Virus record (IMG/VR): IMGVR_UViG_3300010885_046520
Location: 1 to 64,000 of that record
DNA: 64,000 bases
Direction: 5' to 3' (one strand)
Source of the DNA: an uncultured virus (IMG/VR IMGVR_UViG_3300010885_046520)
Lineage: Duplodnaviria > Heunggongvirae > Uroviricota > Caudoviricetes
Positions 1 to 8,523 of the stretch are shown here, one piece after another (within the stretch, counting starts at the first letter, position 1; every line of letters begins with the position of its first letter). The notes below the pieces were generated by a model that saw only the letters and a program-made list of their open reading frames with translations, was not told where the DNA came from and did no database searches. Both the position numbers and the translations under genes were made by a program.

Positions 1-1
1 A

Positions 2-778
2 TATTATACTTCTCAGTTCACTCATCATGTTTGGGAACCAAAAGATCATAAAGATTGTCATGCATGGATTAATAAAGCTTTAGAATATAATAAGGGTATG
101 TTTGATCCTAGGAATAGACATATAGTTCAGCCAGAACAACGCTTTGATCTTGAGATTAAGAAACCTTGGTCATCATACCGATATGAAACCAAAGATGGAG
201 TCCTTGAAGGAAACCTTGCTATTAAAGGAACTATTGATCTTATTACTAAGGTAAATGATAACACCCTAGAAGTCATCGATTGGAAAACAGGACGAAGACT
301 AGATTGGGCCACAGGAGAAGAAAAAACTCTAGAGAAACTTCAAAACGATCCCCAATTAAGGATATATCATTATGCAATTCAACATATGTATCCAGAGATC
401 GAACATGTAATGATATCTATTAATTTCATCAATGATGGTGGGGCATTTACTATTTGTTTTGATAAAACAGATTTATACAAAACAGAAATCATGTTGAAAC
501 AAAAATTTGAGACTATAAAGAATACTCAAAAACCTCAGTTAAATAAAAGCTGGAAATGTAGTAAGCTTTGCCACTTTGGAAAAAGCACATTTGCTAATAG
601 CCCAATAGAGCCGCTAACAGAATACAGAGACGGTCAACTAACAGCCAAAAACCAATGCATGACCAAATGTGAGCAAGTTAAACATGACATAGACACTACC
701 GGAATGAAAGCAGTCATTGACAAGTATCAGGCTCCCGGTTATAGTATAGGTCACTACAAGGCACCCGGCACCGTATAA
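2..778 (+). CDS. PD-(D/E)XK nuclease superfamily protein (Cas4/RecB-like), 5'-truncated by the window edge
   Basis: The frame is open from position 2 (YYTSQFTHH...) into ORF 98..778. Motifs: E-Q-R-F, G-T-I-D-L, V-I-D-W-K-T-G, Q-L-R-I-Y and a C-terminal C-x3-C-H-F Cys cluster typical of Cas4/AddB-like nucleases. Confidence 0.8.
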   Translation, partial: YYTSQFTHHVWEPKDHKDCHAWINKALEYNKGMFDPRNRHIVQPEQRFDLEIKKPWSSYRYETKDGVLEGNLAIKGTIDLITKVNDNTLEVIDWKTGRRLDWATGEEKTLEKLQNDPQLRIYHYAIQHMYPEIEHVMISINFINDGGAFTICFDKTDLYKTEIMLKQKFETIKNTQKPQLNKSWKCSKLCHFGKSTFANSPIEPLTEYRDGQLTAKNQCMTKCEQVKHDIDTTGMKAVIDKYQAPGYSIGHYKAPGTV

Positions 779-818
779 CATTTTTGGTTATAACAACGAA
801 ATAAGGAGAAAATTAGAT

Positions 819-863
819 ATGGACATGACTAGAGGGTATGTGCCTCTGCATGTCCATTCTTAG
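819..863 (+). CDS. dnaE: N-terminal 14-codon segment of DnaE (MDMTRGYVPLHVHS*), carrying the PHP HxH motif
   Basis: SD AAGGAG at 803-808 and ATG at 819. It encodes YVPLHVHS, the canonical first PHP strand of DnaE, then TAG at 861-863. The motif continues as MYSLLDG from 871 in the +1 frame. Confidence 0.75.
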   Translation: MDMTRGYVPLHVHS

Positions 864-870
864 GTGGGCT

Positions 871-2712
871 ATGTACTCACTTTTGGATGGACTATCGCAG
901 CCAAGAACTATTGCTGAACGATGTCAAGAAATCGGAGCAACTTCTTGTGCATTAACTGATCATGGTAATATTGCTGGAGCAGTTAAGTTTTATACGGAAA
1001 TGAAAAAGAAGGGAATTAAGCCTATCCTGGGATGTGAGGTTTATCTTTGTGATCAAGATCCTAAGATTAAAACAAAAGAAAACAAAGACTTAACCCACTT
1101 TGTGATTCTAGCTAAGAATTATGAGGGGTGGAAGAGTCTTATTAGAATTGTCTCCGAATCCAATCAGCCAGATCATTTTTATCATAAGCCAAGACTAGAT
1201 ATAAACACTCTTGCACAATATTGCAATAATAATATTATTGGATTTTGTGGTCATGCTGGATCTTATTTAGCAGATAGGATTACTAATAATAATCAATTGA
1301 TCGGTGATTGGAGAAATGTTGGGATTGACCAAATTGGTAAACTAAAGGATGTTTTTGGTACAGAGAATTTCTTTCTAGAAGCACAATTAATGGATTCGGT
1401 CAATTCTCCTATTCAGACACTTTTGACTGGTGCTATGAGAGATTTGGCCAAAATTACTAATACCAAAATCATTTCTACGCCAGACGCTCATTATTGCCGC
1501 AAGGAGGACGCTGTAGATCAAAGGGTGCTTCTCTGTAATAATTTAAAAACAACCTTCCCAGAGATCAGCAGGAAGATCAGTAACGATGAGGAGGTGCCTC
1601 TTGGTTGCTTTTTTACATCTGACAACTTCCATATCCTATCTCCAGAAGAAATGGGTCATTTTCATACAGAAGAAGAGATGGAAAATACCAAGATAGTAGA
1701 TGAATTATGTGAAAACTATAATATCTTAGATAAACCACATTTACCTCCATTTTCTTGTCCTGACGGAGCTAATCCAGATGAATACCTAAGGCAATTATGT
1801 CGTAATGGTTGGAGAGATAAAATTGCTAATAATATAGATAAAGATACCCAAGAAGATTATGTGAATCGAATAAAGTATGAATTAGAGGTTCTACAAGGGG
1901 CTGATCTTTCTAGTTACTTTTTAATTGTACAAGATATTGTTAACTATGTCAGGAAAAACAACTGGCTTCCTGGGCCGGGAAGAGGAAGTGCGGCTGGTTG
2001 TCTAGTCTCTTACCTGATTGGTATTACTAGTATTGATCCTATTAAGTATGGTTTATTATTTGACAGATTTTATAATGCTGGACGAAATAGTAAAGACCAT
2101 ATCTCTATGCCTGATATTGACGTAGACGTACCTATTAATAAGAGAGAAAATGTAATCGAATATATTAAGCAGTGTTATGGGGCTGATAAGGTTTCTCAAA
2201 TGATTACATTTAATACTATTAAGGGTCGTGGTGCTATTAAGGATGTATTAAGAGTTTATGGTAATATATCATTTGATGAAATGAATAAGATCACTAAAAG
2301 TATTCCAGATGAAGCTAAAATTGCCGACGATCTTCAAGAAATGAAAGAAGAGACTGGGGAAGCATCTATTATTCGGTGGGCATTAGAAAATGAGCCAGAT
2401 AAACTGAAAGAATGGTGCTATATAGATGAAAAAAATGAATTACAAGGACCGCTTGCCAAAAGATTTGAACAGGCTATTAGATTAGAAGGAACTAAGTCTA
2501 ATCAGTCCAAACATGCGGCTGGTATTGCTATTAGTTCTAAACCATTAAATACATTGTGTCCTATGGTGTACGATTCAAAAAATGATCAGCTTATAGCTGG
2601 TATGGAAATGCAAGATCTAGAAGCGTTAGGCATTATCAAATTTGATATTCTTGGCGTGGCAATGTTAGATAAAATTATGACTATCCAAGACATCTTATCA
2701 AAAGGAGATTAA
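871..2712 (+). CDS. dnaE: DNA polymerase III alpha subunit, N-terminal half (PHP + palm)
   Basis: Motifs YSLLDG, ALTDHG, KPILGCE, PDAHY, GPGRGSAAG, PDIDVD (catalytic aspartates), HAAG and KFDILG. The ORF track start at 838 (MCLCMSILRWA) is not DnaE-like. Confidence 0.95.
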   Translation: MYSLLDGLSQPRTIAERCQEIGATSCALTDHGNIAGAVKFYTEMKKKGIKPILGCEVYLCDQDPKIKTKENKDLTHFVILAKNYEGWKSLIRIVSESNQPDHFYHKPRLDINTLAQYCNNNIIGFCGHAGSYLADRITNNNQLIGDWRNVGIDQIGKLKDVFGTENFFLEAQLMDSVNSPIQTLLTGAMRDLAKITNTKIISTPDAHYCRKEDAVDQRVLLCNNLKTTFPEISRKISNDEEVPLGCFFTSDNFHILSPEEMGHFHTEEEMENTKIVDELCENYNILDKPHLPPFSCPDGANPDEYLRQLCRNGWRDKIANNIDKDTQEDYVNRIKYELEVLQGADLSSYFLIVQDIVNYVRKNNWLPGPGRGSAAGCLVSYLIGITSIDPIKYGLLFDRFYNAGRNSKDHISMPDIDVDVPINKRENVIEYIKQCYGADKVSQMITFNTIKGRGAIKDVLRVYGNISFDEMNKITKSIPDEAKIADDLQEMKEETGEASIIRWALENEPDKLKEWCYIDEKNELQGPLAKRFEQAIRLEGTKSNQSKHAAGIAISSKPLNTLCPMVYDSKNDQLIAGMEMQDLEALGIIKFDILGVAMLDKIMTIQDILSKGD

Positions 2713-2713
2713 T

Positions 2714-2911
2714 ATGGCAATGCAAAAGTTTATGGATATAGCAATCGGGACTGTTTTTAAGCATGAAGGTAATGAGTATCGAAAAATCCCAGAAGAAAGA
2801 ATCAGTTGCTGTTCGGCCATTAATGCTCAAGGAGTACATAATGCCCAGCAAAGAATTCAAGTTTTGCCACTAGTAGAAGTCGAAGTCCTAGGAGATAACA
2901 CTCAAGCATGA
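2714..2911 (+). CDS. small hypothetical protein (65 aa)
   Basis: SD AAGGAG upstream; tightly packed between dnaE-N and the exonuclease (ATGA overlap). Confidence 0.7.
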   Translation: MAMQKFMDIAIGTVFKHEGNEYRKIPEERISCCSAINAQGVHNAQQRIQVLPLVEVEVLGDNTQA

Positions 2912-3609
2912 TCAACTATAATAAAATTTGCGTTTTCGATTTTGAAACAGATGGTTCTGATCCTAAGTCTTGTAGTCCAGTACAAATTGCAGCCATAATT
3001 ATTGATCCATTAAAACTGGAAATTGTTCCCAATTCTGAATTCAACATCTTTTTTAAACCAGAGGTATTGGCAAATGATGAACAATATCAATATACTACAG
3101 ACATTTTAGATTTTCATGCCAAGGTAAGAGGTTCTTCTAAAGAAGCTATTCTAGAAGAATGGAAGAAGTACCCTGCTCAAGATCAGTCTTGGAAATTGTT
3201 TACAAACTATCTAACAATGCATCATACCAGATCCAGCAAAAAGAGCCAGTTTAGTGCTCCTATTGCTGCTGGTTACAATATCAATAGATTTGACTTGCCA
3301 ATTATTGATAGGTTGAGTCGTAAATATGGTAATACGAATAAGGAAGAAAGAAGCGATATTTTTTATCCAAGAGACGTATTAGATATTATGAACCTAGTCT
3401 TCTATTGGTTTGAAAACAATGGAGATCTCAAAAATCTTTCCCTGGACACTCTTAGAGATTATCTGGGCATAAATAAAGAGGGTGCTCATGATGCTCTAAA
3501 AGATGTTAAAGATTGTGCAGAAATTCTGATTCGTTTTATGAGACTACATCGTAACCTAGGAAATAAGATTAAGTTTAAGGACTCATTTCAGTCACCATCA
3601 CATGTCTAA
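2908..3609 (+). CDS. DEDDh 3'-5' exonuclease (DnaQ/epsilon-like)
   Basis: ExoI VFDFETDG, ExoII AGYNINRFD, ExoIII AHDALKD; located between the two dnaE halves. Confidence 0.9.
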   Translation: MINYNKICVFDFETDGSDPKSCSPVQIAAIIIDPLKLEIVPNSEFNIFFKPEVLANDEQYQYTTDILDFHAKVRGSSKEAILEEWKKYPAQDQSWKLFTNYLTMHHTRSSKKSQFSAPIAAGYNINRFDLPIIDRLSRKYGNTNKEERSDIFYPRDVLDIMNLVFYWFENNGDLKNLSLDTLRDYLGINKEGAHDALKDVKDCAEILIRFMRLHRNLGNKIKFKDSFQSPSHV

Positions 3610-5233
3610 AAAATTTCAATACAGTTGCGGATGTTCTTTTGACATTATATCTGAACATGACGATAAGGATAGAATGACTCTTAAATTTAATCCTAAAATA
3701 GAAGAGATTAGTTTAGAGTGTCAAAAAACTTGGGACCTAATTTCAGACGGAAATACTAAAGGGTGTTTCCAGTTGGAGTCTAGGCTTGGTAAGTCTATGG
3801 CTAAAAAACTAAAGCCAGAAAATATCGAACAGCTATCTGCCTTAATTAGTATTATGAGGCCGGGTTGTCTTGAAGCTTTTAGAGATGGCAAATCAGTTTC
3901 TAACCATTTTATAGATAAAAAGAATGGCCAGGAATCTGTAGATTATTATCATCCCTCTTTAGAGCCTATTCTAAAGGGAACATATGGTGAAATGATTTAC
4001 CAAGAACAGGCTATGGAAATTGCTAAAATCGTAGCTGGTTTTGATCTTCAAGAAGCAGACATGTTAAGAAAAGCTATTGGTAAGAAAAAACCAGAAGAGA
4101 TGGCTAAGATTAAGATTAAATTTTTAGAAGGCACAGAAAAAGTTGGTACAGTAGCTACTTCTCAAGCAGAAGAAATTTTCGGCTGGATTGAAAAGTCCCA
4201 GAGATATTCTTTTAATAAATCCCACGCTGTTAGTTATGCTATTAATAGTTATTTATCAGCTTATACCAAGGCTCATTTTCCCAAAATATTTTTTGCTGCA
4301 TATTTAAGATTTGCAAAAGATAAAATTGATCCTAAGGCAGAAATTAAAGAATTGGTACAAAACGCTAATGAAATGGATGTTCCTGTTTGTATACCAGATA
4401 TTAGAAACTTAAATCAACTATTCATTCTTAAGAATAACAAGATTTACTTTGGACTAACAGACATCAAGGGTTTTGGACAGTCCGTTTTTGACAAATTAGT
4501 TAAACTCAAAGAAGATAAGAAGCTAGATTTTGATACCATGAACTGGATAGAAATGCTGACTACGGTTTTGATCAATATCAACTCTACATCTGCTAAAGCA
4601 TTAATCCAAAGTGGAGCAATGTCATATTTGGGTAAGAATAGAGTGGCTATGTTATTCGAATTTGGTTTAGTCTCAGAATTAACCAAGAAGGAATCAGACT
4701 TCATTATAGCTAATCTCTATAAATATAAATCAATAGGAGATGCTCTTCATGATCTATATCATAATGGAAAATCCAATAAGAATAGAAAAGCAATTATTCT
4801 AGATTTAATTAATAGCTATAATAAGCCTCCATATTCTTTAGAAGATAATCCAGATTGGATTGCTGATGCGGAAGATGCATTTTTAGGGTGTAGTATAACC
4901 TGTTCTAAAGTTGATATGTATGATATTACTATGACTAATACAACCTGTAAAGACTTTAAAAACACCACGCTTAAAGATAATATTCTCTTGTGTGGAGAAA
5001 TTGAGAGTGTGGGTGTTACTAAAACTAAATCTGGCAAGACACCGGGTCAAGAAATGGCATTTGTTACTATGAGCGATGGCACAGGAGTAATAGATTCTGT
5101 TGTTTTCTTTCCAGAAGCCTATAAGGCTTATCGAAATATTTTATTTGATGGCAATGTGATCATAGTAAAAGGTAATAGAGCCAAGTCTGGCGATTCACTA
5201 ATTGTAGAAAAGACGTATATTCCTAAAACTTGA
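3602..5233 (+). CDS. dnaE: DNA polymerase III alpha subunit, C-terminal half (fingers, HhH, OB fold)
   Basis: Motifs GCFQLES, RPG, TYGEMIYQEQ, ADMLRKAIGKK, YSFNKSH, GLTDIKGFG and the OB fold KSG..MAFVTMSD.TG. Confidence 0.95.
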   Translation: MSKKFQYSCGCSFDIISEHDDKDRMTLKFNPKIEEISLECQKTWDLISDGNTKGCFQLESRLGKSMAKKLKPENIEQLSALISIMRPGCLEAFRDGKSVSNHFIDKKNGQESVDYYHPSLEPILKGTYGEMIYQEQAMEIAKIVAGFDLQEADMLRKAIGKKKPEEMAKIKIKFLEGTEKVGTVATSQAEEIFGWIEKSQRYSFNKSHAVSYAINSYLSAYTKAHFPKIFFAAYLRFAKDKIDPKAEIKELVQNANEMDVPVCIPDIRNLNQLFILKNNKIYFGLTDIKGFGQSVFDKLVKLKEDKKLDFDTMNWIEMLTTVLININSTSAKALIQSGAMSYLGKNRVAMLFEFGLVSELTKKESDFIIANLYKYKSIGDALHDLYHNGKSNKNRKAIILDLINSYNKPPYSLEDNPDWIADAEDAFLGCSITCSKVDMYDITMTNTTCKDFKNTTLKDNILLCGEIESVGVTKTKSGKTPGQEMAFVTMSDGTGVIDSVVFFPEAYKAYRNILFDGNVIIVKGNRAKSGDSLIVEKTYIPKT

Positions 5234-5257
5234 CGCTGGCCTCTCTCAAGCTATAAT
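5230..5257 (+). promoter_or_regulatory. sigma70-type promoter upstream of ssb
   Basis: TTGACG (5230-5235), a 16-nt spacer, then TATAAT (5252-5257), in the gap before ssb. Confidence 0.7.
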
Positions 5258-5306
5258 ATGAAGCAGTTCGTTGGACCTTGGTTTTTTATTTTAAAGGAGA
5301 CTTTTG

Positions 5307-5681
5307 ATGAATATTAATATTCTACGTGGTAATTTAGCTAGAGACCCTGAAATGCGTGTTGTAAACACAAATGGTAAGCAGACTTCAGTAGTTAATTTTA
5401 CTGTAGCTGTTTCTAGGGAATACACGAAGGCAAACGGCGAGAGAGATAAGGTAACAACATTTGTTCCGTGTGAAGCATGGGATAGTGGTGCTGAGATTAT
5501 CGGCCAGTCATTTAAGAAGGGCGATTTTGTTTTGGTAGAAGGATCTCTGAGGAATGACTCGTGGGAGAAGGACGGAGTGAAGCATAACTCTCTCAAGGTC
5601 AGAGTAAATAACTTTTCTAAGATTACTAAGCTATCTAAGAAGAGTAAGGAACAGTCGGAAGAAGAAGTAGTAAGCTTCTAA
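5307..5681 (+). CDS. ssb: single-stranded DNA-binding protein
   Basis: NILRGNLARDPEMR...FTVAV...CEAW...KKGDFVLVEGSL; acidic tail ending in F; SD AAGGAG at 5294-5299. Confidence 0.95.
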   Translation: MNINILRGNLARDPEMRVVNTNGKQTSVVNFTVAVSREYTKANGERDKVTTFVPCEAWDSGAEIIGQSFKKGDFVLVEGSLRNDSWEKDGVKHNSLKVRVNNFSKITKLSKKSKEQSEEEVVSF

Positions 5682-5711
5682 TCATATCTAATCTTATCAC
5701 TTTAAAGAGAT

Positions 5712-5737
5712 GGGGGTGGTAACACCCCCCATTTTTT
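5712..5737 (+). terminator. intrinsic terminator after ssb
   Basis: Stem GGGGGTG, loop GTAA, stem CACCCCC, followed by CA and TTTTTT. Confidence 0.75.
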
Positions 5738-7405
5738 ATGTCTAACAAAAAACTCAAAATTTTAATGTGTTCCGAAGCCAGTTTTTTAAGCTCTGGTTTC
5801 GGTACTTATGCAAAAGAAATCTTAAAGAGACTCCATGCCACAGGCAAATATGAGATAGCTGAATTTGCTTCTTATGGGAAAGTTAATGATCCTAAAGATG
5901 TAGATATTCATTGGAGATATTATGCCAATGCTGTAGATGATAGAGACTCAAGACATAAAGAATATAATAGCTCCATGGAGAATCAGTTTGGACGATGGAG
6001 ATTTGAAAGAGTTCTTTTAGATTTCCAACCAGATATTGTCTTTGATGTAAGAGATTATTGGATGAATTCTTATCAACAATTTTCTCCTCTTCGACCATTT
6101 TATCACTGGGTTCTTATGCCCACAGTAGATTCTGCTCCACAACAAGAAGAATGGATTGATACTTTTATTCATGCTGATGCTATTTTTACATATTCTGATT
6201 TTGGTAAAGACACAGTATTAGAACAAAGCAATAATCAAATAAGATATATAGATACAACATCTCCCGGTGTTGATCTAAATACTTTCAATATTATTGAGGA
6301 TAAAAAATCCGTAAAGAAAGCTTTGGGATTGGATGAAAATAGTTTTATAATCGGGTCTATTATGCGTAATCAAAAGAGAAAACTCATTCCAGAGCTTTTT
6401 GTTTCATTGCGTAAATTACTAGATAAGTTTCAGGCAGAAAATAATCCAATTGGAGAAAAAACATATCTATATCTCCATACTAGCTATCCTGATGCTGGTT
6501 GGGATTTGCCACAGCTATTAAAAGAATACAAGGTTGGTAATAAAGTATTATTCACATATAGTTGCAAAAACTGTGGTTTTTTCCAACCTTCTTTGTTTCA
6601 ACATCCTATTACTTTTTGTCCAAGATGTAGCCAAAAATCTTTGTCCATGCCTAATGTAAGTGCTGGAGTACAATCAACAAATTTAGCTACTATTATTAAT
6701 TCTTTTGATATCTATGTACAATATGCTATTTGTGAAGGTTTTGGTATGCCTCAAGTAGAAGCTTCTGCTTGTGGGGTACCAATAGCTTCTGTAGACTATA
6801 GTGCTATGAGTGACGTTGTTAGAAAAGTAAATGGTTATCCAGTTAAGATTAATCAATATTTCAAAGAACTAGAAACCAAAGCTATTCGGGCCTATCCAGA
6901 TAACAATCATTTAGTAGAAATACTACATAATTATGCTACTCTGCCAGATTTCTTAAAAGAACAAAAAAGGTTTGAAACAAGAAAATTAACAGAAGAACAC
7001 TACAACTGGGATCATATTGCACAAAAATGGGAAAAATATTTTGATAGTGTCAAACTTACTGGCTTGCAAGGTAAGTGGTCAGAAAATTTGTCAATGTTAG
7101 AAACTATTAAACAACCAGCAGGAAAAGTCAATCCATATGACTTTATGACACACTCAGTATCCAAAAATATGTCTCAACATCAGCTTACATCATCTATTAT
7201 ACTATTAAATATGATCAAAGATTTGGATTATGGTTTTGCTATCAACGGAATACAGACAGAACCATATGATATAAGCAAAGCATTAGATGTTATCAATAAT
7301 ATTATTAACAACAATAATTTAGCACAAAATGCGAAGATGAATCATGATAGTCTAAGAAATGAAGATTTTATCCAATATGCTCATATGAAAGAAAACCTAA
7401 AATGA
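5738..7405 (+). CDS. GT-B glycosyltransferase (family 4-like) with inserted Zn-ribbon
   Basis: N-terminal SSGFGTYAKE, RNQKRK, and EGFGMPQVEA (E-x7-E GT4 motif); CKNC...CPRC insert. Confidence 0.85.
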   Translation: MSNKKLKILMCSEASFLSSGFGTYAKEILKRLHATGKYEIAEFASYGKVNDPKDVDIHWRYYANAVDDRDSRHKEYNSSMENQFGRWRFERVLLDFQPDIVFDVRDYWMNSYQQFSPLRPFYHWVLMPTVDSAPQQEEWIDTFIHADAIFTYSDFGKDTVLEQSNNQIRYIDTTSPGVDLNTFNIIEDKKSVKKALGLDENSFIIGSIMRNQKRKLIPELFVSLRKLLDKFQAENNPIGEKTYLYLHTSYPDAGWDLPQLLKEYKVGNKVLFTYSCKNCGFFQPSLFQHPITFCPRCSQKSLSMPNVSAGVQSTNLATIINSFDIYVQYAICEGFGMPQVEASACGVPIASVDYSAMSDVVRKVNGYPVKINQYFKELETKAIRAYPDNNHLVEILHNYATLPDFLKEQKRFETRKLTEEHYNWDHIAQKWEKYFDSVKLTGLQGKWSENLSMLETIKQPAGKVNPYDFMTHSVSKNMSQHQLTSSIILLNMIKDLDYGFAINGIQTEPYDISKALDVINNIINNNNLAQNAKMNHDSLRNEDFIQYAHMKENLK

Positions 7406-8523
7406 ATGTATTGTTCGTAGGACCATATAGACAGCAAGATGGTTGGGGTCTAGCAACCCAAAGCTATATCAGGGCTGTAGCTTCTCAAAAACACAATCTA
7501 ACAACTAGGCCCGTATTTTTGGGTGCTCCATCTAATATTATAGCTGATGATATTTTAGCTTATGAAAACTCATTATATGATTCATATGATGTTGTTATTC
7601 AAAAGACCCTGCCACACGGCTTGTTCTACAACAAAAAATTTAAGAAAAATATCGGGTTGTTTGTTCTAGAAACTAATAATATCAGTAATTCATCTTGTAT
7701 TTTTAATATTAATCAGATGGATGAGGTGTGGGTTCCTAGTAAGCAAGAACAAAAATGTCTAGTTAAATCAGGAGTCACCAAACCAATTAAAGTGATATCT
7801 CAACCTCTTGATACCGACTTTATTAAAGCTAATAAAAACCATACCTTAGATCTTCATTCTCTAGTTAAAAAAACATTCAAGTTTTATTTTATTGGAGAAT
7901 ATGTTGAACGTAAAAACATTAGGGCTTTAGTAGCTGCTTTTCATTTGGCTTTTGATATTAGTCAACCAGTTTCTTTAATTATCAAGACAAATATCTCTAA
8001 CATGTCTCCTGCTGATTCTCAAAGAGCTATTGAAAAAGACATAGAAGCTGTTAAAAAACAACTTAATATTAACCAAAAATATAAACAAGAAATTATTATC
8101 ACAGACAGACTATCTGACAAAGACATCGTGGGTCTACACAATTCCTGTGACTGTTTTATTATGCCTTCTTTTGGCGAAGCGTTTTGTCGTCCAGCAGCAG
8201 AAGCTCTTGTGTTAGGAAAAACACCTATTGTAACAGATAACACGGGGATGATAGACTATGTTAATCACGATAATGGCTTTGTGGTTCAAAGTCACAGAAC
8301 CCCAGTTCTGTTAAATCAAAGAACTTTATCCGAAGAGTACGATATCTATAATGCTAATGAATATTGGTATCGAATTAATATGTACGATTTAATTGAAAAA
8401 ATGAGATCAGTATATCTGATGAATAAAAACGAAAAGAAAAAATTAGAAGAAAAAAGATTACTAGGTATTAATAATATTGATCAATTTAGTTATCAACACA
8501 TCGGGGACAATCTATGTATCTGA
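7402..8523 (+). CDS. GT-B glycosyltransferase (family 4-like)
   Basis: DGWG, DEVWVPS, ERKNI, MPSFGEAFCRPAAEA (E-x7-E), GKTPIVTD. Confidence 0.85.
   Translation: MNVLFVGPYRQQDGWGLATQSYIRAVASQKHNLTTRPVFLGAPSNIIADDILAYENSLYDSYDVVIQKTLPHGLFYNKKFKKNIGLFVLETNNISNSSCIFNINQMDEVWVPSKQEQKCLVKSGVTKPIKVISQPLDTDFIKANKNHTLDLHSLVKKTFKFYFIGEYVERKNIRALVAAFHLAFDISQPVSLIIKTNISNMSPADSQRAIEKDIEAVKKQLNINQKYKQEIIITDRLSDKDIVGLHNSCDCFIMPSFGEAFCRPAAEALVLGKTPIVTDNTGMIDYVNHDNGFVVQSHRTPVLLNQRTLSEEYDIYNANEYWYRINMYDLIEKMRSVYLMNKNEKKKLEEKRLLGINNIDQFSYQHIGDNLCI

Noticed and set aside
861..863. Genome-wide TAG reassignment (alternative genetic code)
   Set aside because: Reading through this TAG stays in the wrong frame and soon hits TGA. 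Several well-packed genes end in TAG (14579, 23052, 30318, 54481), and very long ORFs are intact in the standard code.
838..870. ORF-track start MCLCMSILRWA for dnaE
   Set aside because: It has no well-placed SD and no DnaE similarity; the real motif (YVPLHVHS) is in the other frame from ATG819.
2640..3720. Split intein joining the DnaE halves
   Set aside because: No intein N-terminal block after KFDILG and no HN-C/S/T junction in the C-half leader.
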